Assembly: GCA_048886685.1 (NCBI GenBank)
Contig: JBHLKM010000003.1
Coordinates: 1-64,000 of the forward strand
DNA: 64,000 bases
Direction of reading: 5' to 3'
Source: Candidatus Hodarchaeota archaeon
Lineage (GTDB): Archaea; Asgardarchaeota; Lokiarchaeia; Sigyniarchaeales; SOKP01
Below are positions 60,532-64,000 of this stretch, in pieces; within the stretch, counting starts at the first letter, position 1, and each line of letters begins with the position of its first letter. A program made the translations under genes and the position numbers. The notes beneath the pieces were generated by a model, which saw only the letters and a program-made list of their open reading frames with translations, did not search any database and was not told where the DNA came from.

Positions 60532-60697
60532 TTTTCTCAATTTCCTCTGTTATTATTTTTAGCTATAAGTTGTAAAATAATTGTTTTGATTAGTTATATT
60601 TAGAATTATTAAAGACAATTTAAAAAAATTGTTTTTATTAAATTTAATCAAAAAAAGATGAAGAGACAGATATTTGAAGAAAAAGTAAGAAAAAAAA

Positions 60698-62122
60698 TTA
60701 TTCAAATTTTGGTTTTTTATCTTGCCATGGAGCAATCTCTTCAAATGCTTTTGAAACTTGTAGTATTAACAATTCTTCAAATCTTTTGCCAATAATCTGC
60801 ATCCCAATCGGGAGATCTGTCTTCTTTGTCCTACCACAGGGAATGGTAGCGGCAGGGTGTCCAGTAAAATTGAATGGGAAAGTAAATGGTTGCCAACCTG
60901 TTGGGCCAACCCTTTTTCCATTTATTTCTGTCGGTACGGGAATTCCTAATTCAAAAGCTGGAATCGCTGTAGTTGGAGTGACAAGAATATCAAAATTTTT
61001 AAAAGTTTCAGATATCACTTGATAAAATTCTTCGCGAATTTGCATAGCATTGATGAAATTTTTAATCCGGAATCGCAATCCCGTCTGAGCCCAAAGAACT
61101 AATGTAGGATCCATTTTTTCTTTCCAATCCTTTAAATAAGGACCCAGACCGTACCCGTAATCTATGACCCAATGGGAACCAAAAGCTAACGATGGATCTA
61201 GCTCTTTAAATTTCGCTTCTTCGAGTTCCCACCCAAAAGAATCAAATTTTTGAACTGAATTAACAATAGCTTTTTCCACCTCGCTATCAACAACTTTAGC
61301 GTATCCTAAATCTAAGCTATAACCAATTTTTAATTTATTAGGTTTTTCGTTTATATGCTCAGAATACTTTATATTATCTTTTGGTAAAGAATATCTATCT
61401 CCCTCGAATGGTCCCTTCATGACATCTAACATCAGTGCGGCATCTGAAACATATCTTACAATAGGACCTATTACAGATAGAGTTTGGATAATATCGGATT
61501 TTTTTCTTGGATAAATAGGGACTCTCCCAAAGCTTGGCTTAATACCGTATGCTCCGCAGAAACCCGCAGGATGCCGAATCGATCCACCTCCATCAGAACC
61601 TTGGGCTAAGGGACCCATTCCACAAACTACTGAAACTGCTGCGCCTCCACTTGACCCTCCTGATGTTCTTTCGAGATTCCAGGGATTCTTAGTTGCTCCA
61701 AAAATAAAATTATCTGTAACCCCTTTAAATCCAAATTCTGGAGTATTAGTTTTTCCTAGGATAACACAGCCAGCATCTTTCAAACGCTTTACACAAATAC
61801 TATCCTCTTCAGGAATATAATTTTCAAATATTTTAGAACCAAATGTAGTTCTCACTCCTTTAAGAAGTACTAAATCTTTTATGGAAGTGGGAATCCCATT
61901 TAAAGCTGGTTGTTTTTCATTTTTCTTAACTTTCTCATCTGCTTTTTGAGCCATTTCCCTTGCCATTTCAAAAGTAGGAGTGCAATAAGCATTAACAATC
62001 GGATTGATTTTCTCAATCCTTTCAATAATAGCTTCAGTAATTTCTTGTGAGGTTATTTCTTGAGATTTTATCTTTTCCAGCATATCACAAGCAGACATAA
62101 AACAAATCTCTTCTTTATTCAA
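60698..62122 (-). CDS. Amidase signature family protein
   Basis: IKD, GKTNTPEF, GGSSGG, GSDGGGSIR (Lys-cisSer-Ser triad), FN.TGHPA. Confidence 0.93.
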   Translation of the reverse strand: MNKEEICFMSACDMLEKIKSQEITSQEITEAIIERIEKINPIVNAYCTPTFEMAREMAQKADEKVKKNEKQPALNGIPTSIKDLVLLKGVRTTFGSKIFENYIPEEDSICVKRLKDAGCVILGKTNTPEFGFKGVTDNFIFGATKNPWNLERTSGGSSGGAAVSVVCGMGPLAQGSDGGGSIRHPAGFCGAYGIKPSFGRVPIYPRKKSDIIQTLSVIGPIVRYVSDAALMLDVMKGPFEGDRYSLPKDNIKYSEHINEKPNKLKIGYSLDLGYAKVVDSEVEKAIVNSVQKFDSFGWELEEAKFKELDPSLAFGSHWVIDYGYGLGPYLKDWKEKMDPTLVLWAQTGLRFRIKNFINAMQIREEFYQVISETFKNFDILVTPTTAIPAFELGIPVPTEINGKRVGPTGWQPFTFPFNFTGHPAATIPCGRTKKTDLPIGMQIIGKRFEELLILQVSKAFEEIAPWQDKKPKFE

Positions 62123-62165
62123 AATTTCATCCTCTCAAATTTGATGATAGTTCTTATATTTTTTA

Positions 62166-63629
62166 TTAATTAAATATCGGTCTTTTATTTTGCCAGGGCG
62201 CAATATCTTCGAACGCTTTAGAGACTTGTAGAACAGTAACCTCATCATATCTTTTTCCAATTATTTGCATTCCTATCGGTAAACCATCGCTAGACCATCC
62301 ACATGGAATGGTTGCTGCAGGATGACCGCTCATATTGAATGGAAATGTGAATGGGGTCCATTCACCAGGAATAATCTCTACACCGTCTATTTCTTCGGGA
62401 GATTGTTTATTAATATCAAAAGCGGGGCATGCTAAAGTTGGCGTTATTAATATATCATATTTTTTAAAATGTTTATTAATACTGTGATAAATCAATTCTC
62501 TTTGGAATTCAGTATCTTTTATAACCTCTGCAGAGTATTTAAATCCTTTTTTAATCGTCCTAGCTAAATCAGGGTCGATATCCTGTTCATGATCTTTAAT
62601 GAATTGTTTAAAGGCGTATGCAAAACCCGAGGTCCAAAATCGCCATAATGTTATATGTGGGTTTTCAACCTTAATTTGGCCTGAATAGTTTGTAGAAGAA
62701 GATAATAAGCTAATTTCTTTATTTTCCTCTACTAACCAATCAAAGTTTTCGAACTTTTTCACACTATTTAATATACTATCTTTTACTTCTGAGGCAAGGG
62801 CTTTCACAAACCCTAAATCGAATGAATATCCAATCTTAGGGTTATTAGGTTCTTCTTTTAGTTTTTCAAGATAACTGTAGCTTGGTTTTGGTAATGAATG
62901 CCTGTCAATATCATCACTTCCTACCATTGCATCTAACATTAATGCTGCATCTTTCACATATCGAACAATTGGTCCACTTTGTACAAGTGTGGCTAAGCTA
63001 CCTTCCGATTTCAATGCTTCTTGAGGTATTCTTCCATAATTAGGTTTTATTCCAAAAACACCACAAAAACCACTTGGAATTCTAATAGATCCCCCACCAT
63101 CAGACCCTTGTGCTAATGGACTTAATCCAGAAGCAACCGCGGCCGCCGCCCCTCCGCTGGATCCTCCAGAAGTTCTCTCAATATTCCAGGGATTTTTCGT
63201 AGCTCCAAAAATTAGATTGTCGGTAACTCCCTTATAACCGAAAGCAGGAGTGTTAGTTTTACCTAGTATGACAATTCCCGCGTTTTTTAACCTCTTAACT
63301 AATATCGCATCTTTTTTAGGGATATAATTTTTGAATACCTTGCAACCGTAGGTCGTACGAATGCCTTTAGTATCTTTCATATCTTTTATAGAAGTTGGTA
63401 TGCCATGTAATAATCCCAATTTTACCCCTTTTTTTACAGTTTCGTCAGCTTCCCCGGCGAGCGCTCTAGCCAACTCAAAGGTAGGAGTGCAATAGGCATT
63501 TATAATCGGATTTATTTTTTCAATCCTTTCAATTAAAGTTTCTGTGATTTCAAGAGATGGCAATTCTTGCGTTTTTATTTTTTCTCTCATATCGCAAGCA
63601 GACATGAAACAAATATCTTCTTTTCTCAT
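62166..63629 (-). CDS. Amidase signature family protein
   Basis: [34 protein letters not shown]. Confidence 0.93.
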   Translation of the reverse strand: MRKEDICFMSACDMREKIKTQELPSLEITETLIERIEKINPIINAYCTPTFELARALAGEADETVKKGVKLGLLHGIPTSIKDMKDTKGIRTTYGCKVFKNYIPKKDAILVKRLKNAGIVILGKTNTPAFGYKGVTDNLIFGATKNPWNIERTSGGSSGGAAAAVASGLSPLAQGSDGGGSIRIPSGFCGVFGIKPNYGRIPQEALKSEGSLATLVQSGPIVRYVKDAALMLDAMVGSDDIDRHSLPKPSYSYLEKLKEEPNNPKIGYSFDLGFVKALASEVKDSILNSVKKFENFDWLVEENKEISLLSSSTNYSGQIKVENPHITLWRFWTSGFAYAFKQFIKDHEQDIDPDLARTIKKGFKYSAEVIKDTEFQRELIYHSINKHFKKYDILITPTLACPAFDINKQSPEEIDGVEIIPGEWTPFTFPFNMSGHPAATIPCGWSSDGLPIGMQIIGKRYDEVTVLQVSKAFEDIAPWQNKRPIFN

Positions 63630-63673
63630 TTTCTCACGAACAAATTTTAAATCTTAGTTTATAATAAGTATAA

Positions 63674-64000
63674 TTAATTAAGTTTAGGTTTTTTATCTTG
63701 CCATGGAGCAATCTCTTCAAATGCTTTTGAAACTTGTAATACTGTTATGTCATCAAGTCTTTTTCCAACAATTTGCATTCCTATAGGTAAACCATCACTC
63801 GACCAACCACATGGGATTGAAGCTGCTGGATGGCCACTCATATTGAATGGATGGGTATAAGGTGACCATGATCCTAAAGGTGCATCTTTCCCTTCAATTT
63901 TAGTAGGGGAAGATATACCTAATTCAAAGGCTGGACACGCTAAAGTTGGAGTTACTAATATATCGTATTCTTTAAAATGATTACAAATATTATCATAGAC
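63674..64000 (-). CDS. Amidase signature family protein, 3' fragment (start outside window)
   Basis: Hand translation ...[19 protein letters not shown]...[35 protein letters not shown]...[11 protein letters not shown]. Confidence 0.9.
   Translation of the reverse strand, partial: VYDNICNHFKEYDILVTPTLACPAFELGISSPTKIEGKDAPLGSWSPYTHPFNMSGHPAASIPCGWSSDGLPIGMQIVGKRLDDITVLQVSKAFEEIAPWQDKKPKLN

Noticed and set aside
60559-60744. 61-aa ORF between the amidase and cdhB
   Set aside because: Overlaps the amidase end and translates T-rich terminator/promoter DNA.
541-61022. Numerous 60-135-aa ORF-track entries overlapping longer genes (e.g. 4120-4491, 13234-13596, 29950-30354, 48857-49180)
   Set aside because: Antisense or alternate-frame shadows of well-supported genes, with no motifs of their own.
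60698-64000. GatA of the Glu-tRNA amidotransferase
   Set aside because: Three tandem paralogues, GSDGGGSIR rather than the usual GatA GSDTGGSIR, and no gatB/gatC nearby.
1-64000. Selenoprotein or stop-codon readthrough
   Set aside because: No gene appears truncated at an in-frame TGA/TAG at a conserved Cys position; Fe-S proteins, Tes and CdhC have complete Cys motifs. No SECIS search could be run.

Overview
AT-rich archaeal chromosomal window, most consistent with an Asgard archaeon of the Lokiarchaeia/Promethearchaeota type. This is an inference from TrmB, PolB, tetraether synthase, CdhB/CdhC, a tRNA intron with a BHB-like motif, duplicated longin-like proteins, many fatty-acid/CoA enzymes and GGTGA-type Shine-Dalgarno sites. 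Contents in order: (1) a GyrI-like gene fragment and an unannotated 44-aa four-Cys protein, divergent from a TrmB regulator; (2) a Liv-type ABC transporter operon continuing into a HEAT-repeat protein and an acyl-CoA ligase; (3) a 3058-aa almost wholly transmembrane protein with an internal 251-aa tandem duplication; (4) GH4, dapL, an Fe-S protein, a beta-helix surface protein, a crotonase and an MBL hydrolase; (5) a phosphate cluster (DUF47-pit-DUF47, phoU, alkaline-phosphatase superfamily) with shared CTATATAGAA-like repeats; (6) tRNA-Thr(UGU) with a 30-nt D-loop intron and PolB; (7) a minus-strand run of lipid-related genes around tetraether synthase; (8) NAD salvage genes, a SAP-SWIM-OB protein and a solitary Mre11-like nuclease; (9) two longin-like paralogues, cdhC-cdhB and three tandem amidases. 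No CRISPR array, rRNA or transposase was seen. All family calls come from motif reading, not database searches. The best candidates for new biology are the giant repeat membrane protein, the tRNA intron at position 14/15, the mini Fe-S protein and the Tes-linked small genes.
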